Shown here: in pieces, positions 22,501 to 35,750 of the stretch | Layout: each line of letters begins with the position of its first letter | Position numbering within the stretch: position 1 is the first letter of the stretch | Position numbers and translations under genes: made by a program | Assembly (NCBI GenBank): GCA_964016885.1 | Contig: OZ024744.1 | Span: 133,362,001-133,426,000 of the forward strand | Length of the DNA: 64,000 bases | Reading direction: 5' to 3' | Source of the DNA: Eledone cirrhosa | Taxonomy: Eukaryota | The notes under the pieces: model-generated | Databases searched by the model: none | What the model saw: the letters and a program-made list of their open reading frames with translations, nothing else | What the model was told of the DNA's origin: nothing

Positions 22501-25500
22501 TTAATTTAAGTTGGAGTTAAGTTAAGTTGGGGTTGATTTAAGTTGGGGTTGAGTTAAATTAGGGTGGAGTTAAGTTGGGGTTGAGTTAAGTTGGTGTTGA
22601 GTTAAGTTAGGGTTAAGTTAAGTTGGGGTTAAGTTAAGTTGCAGTTAAGTTAAGTTGAGGTTAAGATAAGTTGGGGTTAAGTTAAGTTGGGGTTAAGTTA
22701 AGTTGGGGTTTAGTTAAGTTGGGGTTAAGTTAAGTTGGGGTTAATTTAAGTTGGGGTTAAGTTAAGTTGGGGTTAAGTTAAGTGGTGGTTATGTTAAGTT
22801 GGGGTTAAGTTAAGTTGGGGTTAATTTAAATTGGGGTTAAGTTAACTTTGTGGTTAAGTTAAGTTGGGGTTAAGTTAAGTTGGGGTTAAGTTAAGTTGGG
22901 GTTGAGTTAATTGGTGTTGAGTGAAGTTGGGGTTAAGTTAAGTTGGGGTTAAGTTAAGTTGGGGTTAAGTTAAGTTGGGGTTTAGTTAAGTTGGGGTTCA
23001 GTTAAGTTGGGGTTAAGTTAAGTTTGGGTTAAGTTGGAGTTAAATTAATTTGGGGTTAAGTTAAGTTGGGGTTTAGTTTAGTTGGGGTTAAATTAAGTTG
23101 GGGTTAATTTAAGTTGGGGTTAAGTTAAGTTGCGGGTAATTTAAGTTGGGGTTAAGTTAAGTTGGGGTTAAGTTAAGTTGGGGTTAAGTTAAGTTGGGGT
23201 TAAGTTAAGTTGGGGTTGAGTTAAGTTGGGGTTAAGTTAAGTTGGGGTTATGTTAAGTTGGGGTTAAGTTAAGTTGGGGTTGAGTTAAGTTGGGGTTAAG
23301 TTAAGTGGTGGTTATGTTAAGTTGGGGTTAAGTTAAGTTGGGGTTAATTTAAATTGGGGTTAAGTTAACTTTGTGGTTAAGTTAAGTTGGGGTTAAGTTA
23401 AGTTGGGGTTAAGTTAAGTTGGGGTTGAGTTAAGTTGGGGTTGAGTGAAGTTGGGGTTAAGTTAAGTTGGGGTTAAGTTAAGTTGGCGTTAAGTTAAGTT
23501 GGGGTTAAGTTAAGTTAGGGTTAAGTTAAGTTGGGGTTCAGTTAAGTTGCGGTTAAGTTAAGTTGGGGTAAAGTTAAGTTGGTGTTAATTAAGTTGGGGT
23601 TAAGTTAAGTTGGTGTTAAGTTAAGTTGGGGCTAAGTTAAGTTGGGGTTGAGTTAAGTTGGGGTTAAGTTAAGTTGGGGTTATGTTAAGTTGGGGTTAAG
23701 TTAAGTTGGAGTTAAGTTAAGTTGGGGTTGATTTAAGTTGGGGTTGAGTTAAATTAGGGTGGAGTTAAGTTGGGGTTGAGTTAAGTTGGTGTTGAGTTAA
23801 GTTAGGGTTAAGTTAAGTTGGGGTTAAGTTAAGTTGCAGTTAAGTTAAGTTGAGGTTAAGTTAAGTTGGGGTTAAGTTAAGTTGGGGTTAAGTTAAGTTT
23901 GGGTTAAGTTGGGGTTAAATTAAGTTGGGGTTAAGTTAAGTTGGGGTTTAGTTAAGTTGGGGTTAAGTTAAGTTGGGGTTAATTTAAGTTGGGGTTAAGT
24001 TAAGTTGGGGTTAAGTTAAGTGGTGGTTATGTTAAGTTGGGGTTAAGTTAAGTTGGGGTTAATTTAAATTGGGGTTAAGTTAACTTTGTGGATGAGTTAA
24101 GTTGGGGTTAAGTTAAGTTGGGGTTAAGTTAAGTTGGGGTTGAGTTAATTGGGGTTGAGTGAAGTTGGGGTTAAGTTAAGTTGGGGTTAATTTAAGTTGG
24201 GGTTAAGTTAAGTCGGGGTTAAGTTAAGTTGGGGTTGAGTTAAGTTGGGGTTAATTTAAGTTGGGGCTAATTTAATTTGTGGTTAAGTTGGGGTTAAGTT
24301 AAGTTGGGGTTAAGTTAAGTTGGGGTTGAGTTAAGTTGGGGTTGAGTTTATTTAGGGTTAAGTTAAGTTGGGGTTAAGTTAAGTTGGGTTTAAGTTAAGT
24401 TGGGGTTAAATTAAGTTGGGGTTAAGTTAAGTTGGGGGTAAGTTAAGTTGGGGGCAAGTTAAGTTGGGGTTAAGTTAAGTTGGGGTTAAATTAAGTTGGG
24501 GTTAAGTTAAGTTGGTGTTAAGTTAAGTTGGGGTTTATTTAAGTTGGGGTTAATTAAGTTGGGGTTAAGTTAAGTTGGGGTTAAGTTAAGTTGGGGTTAA
24601 GTTAGATTGTGGTTAAGTTAAGTTGGGGTTAAGTTAAGCTGGGGTTAAGTTAAGTTGGGGTTAAGTTAAGGCGGGGTTAAGTTGAGTTGGTGTTAAGTTA
24701 AGTTGGGGTTAAGTTAAGTTGGGGTTGAGTTAATTTGGGGTTAACTTAAGTTGGGGGTACTTAAGTTGGGTTTAAGTTAAGTGGGGTTAAGTTAAGTTGG
24801 GGTTAAGTTAAGTTGGGGTTAAGTTAAGTTGGGGTTAAGTTAGGTTGTGGTTAAGTTAAGTTGGGGGTAAGTTAAGTTGGGGGTAAGTTAAGTTGGGGTT
24901 AATTTAAGTTGGGTCTAATTAAGTTGGGGTTAAGTTAAGTTGGGGTTAAGTTAAGTTGGGGTTGAGTTAATTTGGGTTAACTTAAGTTGGGGGTACTTAA
25001 GTTGGGTTTAAGTTAAGTGGGGTTAAGTTAAGTTGGGGGTAACTTAAGTTGGGGGTAAGTTAAGTTGGGGTTAATTTAAGTTGGGTCAAATTAAGTTGGG
25101 GTTACGTTAAGTTGGGGTTAAGTTAAGTTAGGGTTAAATTAAGTTGGGGTTAAGTTAAGTTGGGGTTAAATTAAGTTGGGATTAAGTTAAGTTGGGGTTG
25201 AGTTAAGTTGGGGTTGAGTTAATTTAGGGTTAAGTTAAGTTGGGGTTAAGTTAAGTTGGGTTTAAGTTAAGTTGGGGTTAAATTAAGTTGGGGTTAAGTT
25301 AGGTTGGGGGTAAGTTAAGTTGGGGGCAAGTTAAGTTGGGGTTAAGTTAAGTTGGGGTTAAATTAAGTTGGGGTTAAGTTAAGTTGGTGTTAAGTTAAGT
25401 TGGGGTTTATTTAAGTTGGGGTTAATTAAGTTGGGGTTAAGTTAAGTTGGGTTTAAGTTAAGTTGGGGTTAATTTAAGTTGGGGTTGAGTTAAGTTGGGG

Positions 25501-28500
25501 TTAAGTTAAGTTGGGTTTATATTAAGTTGGGGTTAAGTTAAGTTGGGGTTAAGTTAAGTTGGGGTTCAGTTAAGTTGGGGTTAAGTTAAGTTTGGGTTAA
25601 GTTGGAGTTAAATTAATTTGGGGTTAAGTTAAGTTGGGGTTTAGTTTAGTTGGGGTTAAATTAAGTTGGGGTTAATTTAAGTTGGGGTTAAGTTAAGTTG
25701 CGGGTAATTTAAGTTGGGGTTAAGTTAAGTTGGGGTTAAGTTAAGTTGGGGTTAAGTTAAGTTGGGGTTAAGTTAAGTTGGGGTTGAGTTAAGTTGGGGT
25801 TAAGTTAAGTTGGGGTTATGTTAAGTTGGGGTTAATTTAAGTTGGAGTTAAGTTAAGTTGGGGTTGATTTAAGTTGGGGTTGAGTTAAATTAGGGTGGAG
25901 TTAAGTTGGGGTTGAGTTAAGTTGGTGTTGAGTTAAGTTAGGGTTAAGTTAAGTTGGGGTTAAGTTAAGTTGCAGTTAAGTTAAGTTGAGGTTAAGATAA
26001 GTTGGGGTTAAGTTAAGTTGGGGTTAAGTTAAGTTGGGTTTATATTAAGTTGGGGTTAAGTTAAGTTGGGGTTAATTTAAGTTGGGGTTAAGTTAAGTTG
26101 GGGTTAAGTTAAGTGGTGGTTATGTTAAGTTGGGGTTAAGTTAAGTTGGGGTTAATTTAAATTGGGGTTAAGTTAACTTTGTGGTTAAGTTAAGTTGGGG
26201 TTAAGTTAAGTTGGGGTTAAGTTAAGTTGGGGTTGAGTTAATTGGTGTTGAGTGAAGTTGGGGTTAAGTTAAGTTGGGGTTAAGTTAAGTTGGGGTTAAG
26301 TTAAGTTGGGGTTTAGTTAAGTTGGGGTTCAGTTAAGTTGGGGTTAAGTTAAGTTTGGGTTAAGTTGGAGTTAAATTAATTTGGGGTTAAGTTAAGTTGG
26401 GGTTTAGTTTAGTTGGGGTTAAATTAAGTTGGGGTTAATTTAAGTTGGGGTTAAGTTAAGTTGCGGGTAATTTAAGTTGGGGTTAAGTTAAGTTGGGGTT
26501 AAGTTAAGTTGGGGTTAAGTTAAGTTGGGGTTAAGTTAAGTTGGGGTTGAGTTAAGTTGGGGTTAAGTTAAGTTGGGGTTATGTTAAGTTGGGGTTAAGT
26601 TAAGTTGGGGTTGAGTTAAGTTGGGGTTAAGTTAAGTGGTGGTTATGTTAAGTTGGGGTTAAGTTAAGTTGGGGTTAATTTAAATTGGGGTTAAGTTAAC
26701 TTTGTGGTTAAGTTAAGTTGGGGTTAAGTTAAGTTGGGGTTAAGTTAAGTTGGGGTTGAGTTAAGTTGGGGTTGAGTGAAGTTGGGGTTAAGTTAAGTTG
26801 GGGTTAAGTTAAGTTGGCGTTAAGTTAAGTTGGGGTTAAGTTAAGTTAGGGTTAAGTTAAGTTGGGGTTCAGTTAAGTTGCGGTTAAGTTAAGTTGGGGT
26901 AAAGTTAAGTTGGTGTTAATTAAGTTGGGGTTAAGTTAAGTTGGTGTTAAGTTAAGTTGGGGCTAAGTTAAGTTGGGGTTGAGTTAAGTTGGGGTTAAGT
27001 TAAGTTGGGGTTATGTTAAGTTGGGGTTAAGTTAAGTTGGAGTTAAGTTAAGTTGGGGTTGATTTAAGTTGGGGTTGAGTTAAATTAGGGTGGAGTTAAG
27101 TTGGGGTTGAGTTAAGTTGGTGTTGAGTTAAGTTAGGGTTAAGTTAAGTTGGGGTTAAGTTAAGTTGCAGTTAAGTTAAGTTGAGGTTAAGTTAAGTTGG
27201 GGTTAAGTTAAGTTGGGGTTAAGTTAAGTTTGGGTTAAGTTGGGGTTAAATTAAGTTGGGGTTAAGTTAAGTTGGGGTTTAGTTAAGTTGGGGTTAAGTT
27301 AAGTTGGGGTTAATTTAAGTTGGGGTTAAGTTAAGTTGGGGTTAAGTTAAGTGGTGGTTATGTTAAGTTGGGGTTAAGTTAAGTTGGGGTTAATTTAAAT
27401 TGGGGTTAAGTTAACTTTGTGGATGAGTTAAGTTGGGGTTAAGTTAAGTTGGGGTTAAGTTAAGTTGGGGTTGAGTTAATTGGGGTTGAGTGAAGTTGGG
27501 GTTAAGTTAAGTTGGGGTTAATTTAAGTTGGGGTTAAGTTAAGTCGGGGTTAAGTTAAGTTGGGGTTGAGTTAAGTTGGGGTTAATTTAAGTTGGGGCTA
27601 ATTTAATTTGTGGTTAAGTTGGGGTTAAGTTAAGTTGGGGTTAAGTTAAGTTGGGGTTGAGTTAAGTTGGGGTTGAGTTTATTTAGGGTTAAGTTAAGTT
27701 GGGGTTAAGTTAAGTTGGGTTTAAGTTAAGTTGGGGTTAAATTAAGTTGGGGTTAAGTTAAGTTGGGGGTAAGTTAAGTTGGGGGCAAGTTAAGTTGGGG
27801 TTAAGTTAAGTTGGGGTTAAATTAAGTTGGGGTTAAGTTAAGTTGGTGTTAAGTTAAGTTGGGGTTTATTTAAGTTGGGGTTAATTAAGTTGGGGTTAAG
27901 TTAAGTTGGGGTTAAGTTAAGTTGGGGTTAAGTTAGATTGTGGTTAAGTTAAGTTGGGGTTAAGTTAAGCTGGGGTTAAGTTAAGTTGGGGTTAAGTTAA
28001 GGCGGGGTTAAGTTGAGTTGGTGTTAAGTTAAGTTGGGGTTAAGTTAAGTTGGGGTTGAGTTAATTTGGGGTTAACTTAAGTTGGGGGTACTTAAGTTGG
28101 GTTTAAGTTAAGTGGGGTTAAGTTAAGTTGGGGTTAAGTTAAGTTGGGGTTAAGTTAAGTTGGGGTTAAGTTAGGTTGTGGTTAAGTTAAGTTGGGGGTA
28201 AGTTAAGTTGGGGGTAAGTTAAGTTGGGGTTAATTTAAGTTGGGTCTAATTAAGTTGGGGTTAAGTTAAGTTGGGGTTAAGTTAAGTTGGGGTTGAGTTA
28301 ATTTGGGTTAACTTAAGTTGGGGGTACTTAAGTTGGGTTTAAGTTAAGTGGGGTTAAGTTAAGTTGGGGGTAACTTAAGTTGGGGGTAAGTTAAGTTGGG
28401 GTTAATTTAAGTTGGGTCAAATTAAGTTGGGGTTACGTTAAGTTGGGGTTAAGTTAAGTTAGGGTTAAATTAAGTTGGGGTTAAGTTAAGTTGGGGTTAA

Positions 28501-28897
28501 ATTAAGTTGGGATTAAGTTAAGTTGGGGTTGAGTTAAGTTGGGGTTGAGTTAATTTAGGGTTAAGTTAAGTTGGGGTTAAGTTAAGTTGGGTTTAAGTTA
28601 AGTTGGGGTTAAATTAAGTTGGGGTTAAGTTAGGTTGGGGGTAAGTTAAGTTGGGGGCAAGTTAAGTTGGGGTTAAGTTAAGTTGGGGTTAAATTAAGTT
28701 GGGGTTAAGTTAAGTTGGTGTTAAGTTAAGTTGGGGTTTATTTAAGTTGGGGTTAATTAAGTTGGGGTTAAGTTAAGTTGGGTTTAAGTTAAGTTGGGGT
28801 TAATTTAAGTTGGGGTTGAGTTAAGTTGGGGTTAAGTTAAGTTGGGTTTATATTAAGTTGGGGTTAAGTTAAGTTGGGGTTAAGTTAAGTTGGGGTT
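22501..28897 (+). repeat. Higher-order duplication, offset 3,331 bp (about 22501-25566 and 25832-28897)
   Basis: Diagnostic bases: AAGATAAG at 22666/25997; GTGGATGAG at 24092/27423; TTACG at 25105/28436. Rare variants TTTATTTAGGG and AAGCTGGGG are shared at the same offset. Confidence 0.92.
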
Positions 28898-29780
28898 AAG
28901 TTAAGTTGGGGTAAAGTTAAGTTGGTGTTAAGTTAAGTTGGGGTTAAGTTAAGTTGGGGTTAAATTAAGTTTGGGTTAATTTAAGTTGGGGTTAAGTTAA
29001 GTTGGGGTTCAGTTAAGTTGCGGTTAAGTTAAGTTGGGGTTAAGTTAAGTTGGGGTTAAATTAAGTTGGGGTTAAGTTAAGTTGGGGTTAAATTAAGTTT
29101 GGGTTAATTTAAGTTGGGGTTAAGTTAAGTTGGGGTTAAGTTAAGTTGGGGGTAAGTTAAGTTGGTGGTAAGTTAAGTTGGGGGTAAGTTAAGATGGGGT
29201 TAAGTTAAGTTGGGGTTAAGTTAATTTGGGGTTACGTTAAGTTGCGGGTAATTTAAGTTGGGGTTAAGTTAAGTTGGGGTTGAGTTAAGTTGGGGTTAAG
29301 TTAAGTTGGGGTTATGTTAAGTTGGGGTTAAGTTAAGTTGGGGTTAACTTGAGTTGGGGTTAAGTTAAGTTGCGGTTAATTTAAGTTGGGGTGAGGTTAA
29401 GTTGGGGTTAAGTTAAGTTGGGGTTAAGTTAAGTTGGGGTTAATTTAAGTTGGGGTTAAGTTAAGTTGGGGTTAAGTTAAGTTGGGGTTAAGTTAAGTTG
29501 GGGTTAAGTTAAGTTGGGGTTAAGTTGGGGTTAAGTTAAGTTAGGGTTAAGTTAAGTTGGGGTTGAGTTAATTGGGGTTAAGTTAACGTTGTGGTTAAGG
29601 TAAGTTGGGGTTAAGTTAAGTTGGGGTTGAATTAAGTTGGGGTTGAGTGAAGTTGGGGTTAAGTTAAGTTGGGGTTAAGTTAAGTTGGCGTTAAGTTAGG
29701 TTGGGGTTGAGTTAAGTTGGGGTTAATTTAAGTTGGGGTTAAGTTAAGTTGGGGTTCAGTTAAGTTGGGGTTAAGTTATG

Positions 29781-32700
29781 TTGGGGTTAAGATGGGGTTA
29801 AATTAAGTTGGGGTTAAATTAAGTTGGGGTTAAGTTAAGTTGGGGGTAAGTTAAGTTGGGGTTAAGTTAAGTTGGGGTTAAGTTAAGTTGGGGTTAAGTT
29901 AAGTTGGGGTCAAGTTAAGTTGGGGTTAAGTTAAGTTGGGGTTAAATCAAGTTGGGGTTCAGTTAAGTTAGGGTTAATTTAGTTGGGGTTAAGTTAAGTT
30001 GGGGCTAAGGTAAGTTGCGGCTAAGTTAAGTTGGGGCTAAGTTAAGTTGGGGTTAAGTTAAGTTGGGGTTAAGTTAAGGTGGGGTTAATTTAAGTTGGGG
30101 TCAACTGAAATTGGGGTTAAGTTAAGTTGGGGTTAATTTAAGTTGGGGTTAAGTTAAGTTGGGGTTAAGTTAAGTTGGTGTTAAGTTAAGTTGGGGCTAG
30201 GTTAAGTTGGGGCTGAGTTAAGTTGGGGCTGAGTTAAGTTGGGGTTAAGTTAAGTTGGGGTTGAGTTAAGTTGGGGTTAATTTAAGTTGGGGTTAAGTTA
30301 AGTTGGGGTTAAGTTAAGTTGGGGTTGAGTTAAGTTGGGGTTAATTTAAGTTGGGGTTAAGTTAAGTTGGGGTTCAGTTAAGTTGGGGTTAAGTTATGTT
30401 GGGGTTAAGATGGGGTTAAATTAAGTTGGGGTTAAGTTAAGTTGGGGTTAAGTTAAGTTAGGGTTAAGTTAAGTTGGAGTTAAGTTAAGTTGGGGTTGAG
30501 TTATGTTGGGGTTGAGTTAAATTGGGGTGGAGTTAAGTTGCGGCTGAGTTAAGTTGGTGTTGAGTTAAGTTGGGGTTAAGTTAAGTTGGGGTTAAGTTAA
30601 GTTGCAGTTAAGTTAAGTTGAGGTTAAGTTAAGTTGGGGTTAAGTTAAGTTGGGGTTAAGTTAAGTTGGGGCTAAGTTAATTTGGGGCTAAGTTAAGTTG
30701 GGGTTCAATTAAGTTGGGGTTAAGTTAAGTTTGGGTTAAGTTGGGGTTAAATTAAGTTGGGGTTAAGTTAAGTTGGGGTTTAGTTAAGTTGGGGTTAAGT
30801 TAAGTTGGGGTTAAGTTAAGTTAGGGTTGAGTTAAGTTGGGGTTGAGTGAAGTTGGGGTTAAGTTAAGTTGGGGTTAATTTAAGTTGGGGCTAAGTTAAG
30901 TCGGGGTTAAGGTAAGTTGGGGTTGAGTTAAGTTGGGGTTAATTTAAGTTGGGGCTAAGTTAATTTGTGGTTAAGTTAAGTTGGGGTTAATTTAAGTTGG
31001 GGTTAAGTTAAGTTGGGGTTGAGTTAAGTTGGGGTTGAGTTAATTTAGGGTTAAGTTAAGTTGGGGTTAAGTTAAGTTGGGTTTAAGTTAAGTTGGGGTT
31101 AAATTAAGTTGGGGTTAAATTAAGTTGGGGTTAAGTTAAGTTGGGGGTAAGTTAAGTTGGGGGCAAGTTAAGTTGGGGTTAAGTTAAGTTGGGGTTAAAT
31201 TAAGTTGGGGTTTATTTAAGTTGGGGTTAATTAATTGGGGTTAAGTTAAGTTGGGGTTAAGTTAAGTTGGGGTTAATTTAAGTTGGGGTTAAGTTAAGTT
31301 GGGGTTAAGTTAAGTTGGGTTTATATTAAGTTGGGGTTAAGTTAAGTTGGGGTTAAGTTAAGTTGGGGTTCAGTTAAGTTGCAGTTAATTTAAGTTGGGG
31401 TTAAGTTAAGTTGGGGTTAAGTTAAGTTGGGGTTAAGTTAAGTTGGGGTTAAGTTAAGTTGGGGTTAAGTTAAGTTGGTGTTAAGTTAAGTTGGGGCTAA
31501 GTTAAGTTGGGGCTGAGTTAAGTTGGGGCTGAGTTAAGTTGGGGTTAAGTTAAGTTGGGGTTGAGTTAAGTTGGGGTTAAGTTAAGTTGGAGTTAAGTTA
31601 AGTTGGGGTTAAGTTAAGTTGGGGTTAAGTTAAGTTGGGGTTCAGTTAAGTTGGGGTTAAGTTAAGTTTGGGTTAAGTTGGGGTTAAATTAATTTGGGGT
31701 TAAGTTAAGTTGGGGTTTAGTTAAGTTGGGGTTAAGTTAAGTTGGGGTTAATTTAAGTTGGGGTTAAGTTAAGTTGCGGGTAATTTAAGTTGGGGTTAAG
31801 TTAAGTTGGGGTTAAGTTAAGTTGGGGTTAAGTTAAGGCGGGGTTAAGTTGAGTTGGGGTTAAGATGGGGTTAAATTAAGTTGGGGTTAAATTAAGTTGG
31901 GGTTAAGTTAAGTTGGGGGTAAGTTAAGTTGGGGTTAAGTTAAGTTGGGGTTAAGTTAAGTTGGGGTTAAGTTAAGTTGGGGTCAAGTTAAGTTGGGGTT
32001 AAGTTAAGTTGGGGTTAAATCAAGTTGGGGTTCAGTTAAGTTAGGGTTAATTTAGTTGGGGTTAAGTTAAGTTGGGGCTAAGGTAAGTTGCGGCTAAGTT
32101 AAATTGGGGCTAAGTTAAGTTGGGGTTAAGTTAAGTTGGGGTTAAGTTAAGGTGGGGTTAATTTAAGTTGGGGTCAACTTAAATTGGGGTTAAGTTAAGT
32201 TGGGGTTAAGTTAAGTTGGGGTTAAGTTAAGTTGGGGTTAAGTTAAGTTGGTGTTAAGTTAAGTTGGGGCTAGGTTAAGTTGGGGCTGAGTTAAGTTGGG
32301 GCTGAGTTAAGTTGGGGTTAAGTTAAGTTGGGGTTGAGTTAAGTTGGGGTTAATTTAAGTTGGGGTTAAGTTAAGTTGGGGTTAAGTTAAGTTGGGGTTG
32401 AGTTAAGTTGGGGTTAATTTAAGTTGGGGTTAAGTTAAGTTGGGGTTCAGTTAAGTTGGGGTTAAGTTATGTTGGGGTTAAGATGGGGTTAAATTAAGTT
32501 GGGGTTAAGTTAAGTTGGGGTTAAGTTAAGTTAGGGTTAAGTTAAGTTGGAGTTAAGTTAAGTTGGGGTTGAGTTATGTTGGGGTTGAGTTAAATTGGGG
32601 TGGAGTTAAGTTGCGGCTGAGTTAAGTTGGTGTTGAGTTAAGTTGGGGTTAAGTTAAGTTGGGGTTAAGTTAAGTTGCAGTTAAGTTAAGTTGAGGTTAA

Positions 32701-33936
32701 GTTAAGTTGGGGTTAAGGTAAGTTGGGGTTAAGTTAAGTTGGGGCTAAGTTAATTTGGGGCTAAGTTAAGTTGGGGTTCAATTAAGTTGGGGTTAAGTTA
32801 AGTTTGGGTTAAGTTGGGGTTAAATTAAGTTGGGGTTAAGTTAAGTTGGGGTTTAGTTAAGTTGGGGTTAAGTTAAGTTGGGGTTAAGTTAAGTTAGGGT
32901 TGAGTTAAGTTGGGGTTGAGTGAAGTTGGGGTTAAGTTAAGTTGGGGTTAATTTAAGTTGGGGCTAAGTTAAGTCGGGGTTAAGGTAAGTTGGGGTTGAG
33001 TTAAGTTGGGGTTAATTTAAGTTGGGGCTAAGTTAATTTGTGGTTAAGTTAAGTTGGGGTTAATTTAAGTTGGGGTTAAGTTAAGTTGGGGTTGAGTTAA
33101 GTTGGGGTTGAGTTAATTTAGGGTTAAGTTAAGTTGGGGTTAAGTTAAGTTGGGTTTAAGTTAAGTTGGGGTTAAATTAAGTTGGGGTTAAATTAAGTTG
33201 GGGTTAAGTTAAGTTGGGGGTAAGTTAAGTTGGGGGCAAGTTAAGTTGGGGTTAAGTTAAGTTGGGGTTAAATTAAGTTGGGGTTTATTTAAGTTGGGGT
33301 TAATTAATTGGGGTTAAGTTAAGTTGGGGTTAAGTTAAGTTGGGGTTAATTTAAGTTGGGGTTAAGTTAAGTTGGGGTTAAGTTAAGTTGGGTTTATATT
33401 AAGTTGGGGTTAAGTTAAGTTGGGGTTAAGTTAAGTTGGGGTTCAGTTAAGTTGCAGTTAATTTAAGTTGGGGTTAAGTTAAGTTGGGGTTAAGTTAAGT
33501 TGGGGTTAAGTTAAGTTGGGGTTAAGTTAAGTTGGGGTTAAGTTAAGTTGGTGTTAAGTTAAGTTGGGGCTAAGTTAAGTTGGGGCTGAGTTAAGTTGGG
33601 GCTGAGTTAAGTTGGGGTTAAGTTAAGTTGGGGTTGAGTTAAGTTGGGGTTAAGTTAAGTTGGAGTTAAGTTAAGTTGGGGTTAAGTTAAGTTGGGGTTA
33701 AGTTAAGTTGGGGTTCAGTTAAGTTGGGGTTAAGTTAAGTTGGGGTTAAGTTGGGGTTAAATTAATTTGGGGTTAAGTTAAGTTGGGGTTTAGTTAAGTT
33801 GGGGTTAAGTTAAGTTGGGGTTAATTTAAGTTGGGGTTAAGTTAAGTTGCGGGTAATTTAAGTTGGGGTTAAGTTAAGTTGGGGTTAAGTTAAGTTGGGG
33901 TTAAGTTAAGGCGGGGTTAAGTTGAGTTGGGGTTAA
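29781..33936 (+). repeat. Tandem higher-order duplication, period 2,073 bp (2 copies)
   Basis: Diagnostic bases: AAGATGGGG at 29792/31865; AAATCAAG at 29948/32021; AAGGCGGGG at 31839/33912. A handful of substitutions separate the copies. Confidence 0.92.
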
Positions 33937-34709
33937 GTTAAGTTGGGGTTAAATTAAGTTGGGGTTGATTTAATTTGGGGTTAACTTAAGTTGGGGGTAC
34001 TTAAGTTGGGTTTAAGTTAAGTGGGGTTAAGTTATGTTGGGGTTAAGTTAAGTTGGGGTTAAGTTAAGTTGGGGTTAAGTTAGGTTGTGGTTAAGTTAAG
34101 TTGGGGGTAAGTTAAGTTGGGGGTAAGTTAAGTTGGGGTTAATTTAAGTTGGGTCTAATTAAGTTGGGGTTAAGTTAAGTTGGGGTTAAGTTATGTTGGG
34201 GTTGAGTTAATTTGGGGTTAACTTAAGTTGGGGGTACTTAAGTTGGGTTTAAGTTAAGTGGGGTTAAGTTAAGTTGGGGTTAAGTTAAGTTAGGGTTAAG
34301 TTAAGTTGGGGGTAAGTTAAGTTGGGGGTAAGTTAAGTTGGGGTTAATTTAAGTTGGGTCAAATTAAGTTGGGGTTAAGTTAAGTTGGGGTTAAATTAAG
34401 TTGGGGTTAAGTTAAGTTGGGGTTAAGTTAAGTTGGGGTTAAGTTAAGTTGGGGGTAAGTTAAGTTTGGGTTAATTTAAGTTGGGTCTAATTAAGTTGGG
34501 GTTAAGTTAAGTTGGGGTTAAGTTAAGTTGGGGTTGAGTTAATTTGGGGTTAACTTAAGTTGGGGGTACTTAAGTTGGGTTTAAGTTAAGTGGGGTTAAG
34601 TTAAGTTGGGGTTAAGTTAAGTTGGGGTTAAGTTAAGTTGGGGGTAAGTTAAGTTGGGGTTAAGTTAAGTTGGGGTTAAATTAAGTTGGGGTTAAGTTAA
34701 GTTGGGGTT

Positions 34710-35750
34710 AAGTTAAGTTGGGGTTAAGTTAAGTTGGGGGTAAGTTAAGTTGGTGGTAAGTTAAGTTGGGGGTAAGTTAAGATGGGGTAAGTTAAGTTGG
34801 GGTTAAGTTAATTTGGGGTTAAGTTAGGGTTAAGTTAAGTTGGGGTTGAGTTAAGTTGGGGTTAAGTTAAGTTGGGGTTATGTTAAGTTGGAGTTAAGTT
34901 AAGTTGGGGTTAAGTTGAGTTGGAGTTCAGTTAAGTTGCGGTTAATTTAAGTTGGGGTTAAGTTAAGTTGGGGTTAAGTTAAGTTGGGGTTAATTTTAGT
35001 TGGGGTTAAGTTAAGTTGGGGTTAAGTTAAGTTGGGGTTAAGTTAAGTTGGGGTTAATTTAAGTTGGGTCTAATTAAGTTGGGGTTAAGTTAAGTTGGGG
35101 GTACTTAAGTTGGATTTAAGTTAAGTGGGGTTAAGTTAAGTTGGGGTTAAGTTAAGTTGGGTTTAAGTTAAGTTGGGGTTAAGTTAGGTTGTGGTTAAGT
35201 TAAGTTGGGGGTAAGTTAAGTTGGGGGTAAGTTAAGTTGGGGTCAATTTAAGTTGGGTCTAATTAAGTTGGGGTTAAGTTAAGTTGGGGTTAAGTTAAGT
35301 TGGGGGTAAGTTAAGTTGGTGGTAAGTTAAGTTGGGGGTAAGTTAAGATGGGGTAAGTTAAGTTGGGGTTAAGTTAATTTGGGGTTAAGTTAGGGTTAAG
35401 TTAAGTTGGGGTTGTGTTAAGTTGGGGTTAAGTTAAGTTGGGGTTATGTTAAGTTGGAGTTAAGTTAAGTTGGGGTTAAGTTGAGTTGGGGTTCAGTTAA
35501 GTTGCGGTTAATTTAAGTTGGGGTTAAGTTAAGTTGGGGTTAAGTTAAGTTGGGGTTAATTTTAGTTGGGGTTAAGTTAAGTTGGGGTTAAGTTAAGTTG
35601 GGGTTAAGTTAAGTTGGGGTTAATTTAAGTTGGGTCTAATTAAGTTGGGGTTAAGTTAAGTTGGGGGTACTTAAGTTGGATTTAAGTTAAGTGGGGTTAA
35701 GTTAAGTTGGGGTTAAGTTAAGTTGGGTTTAACTTAAGTTGGGGTTAAGT
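34710..35750 (+). repeat. Local duplication, offset 566 bp
   Basis: TTGGATTTAAG with the A at 35114 and 35680. Shared variants TTAATTTTAG and GATGGGGTAAG occur in the same order. Confidence 0.8.
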
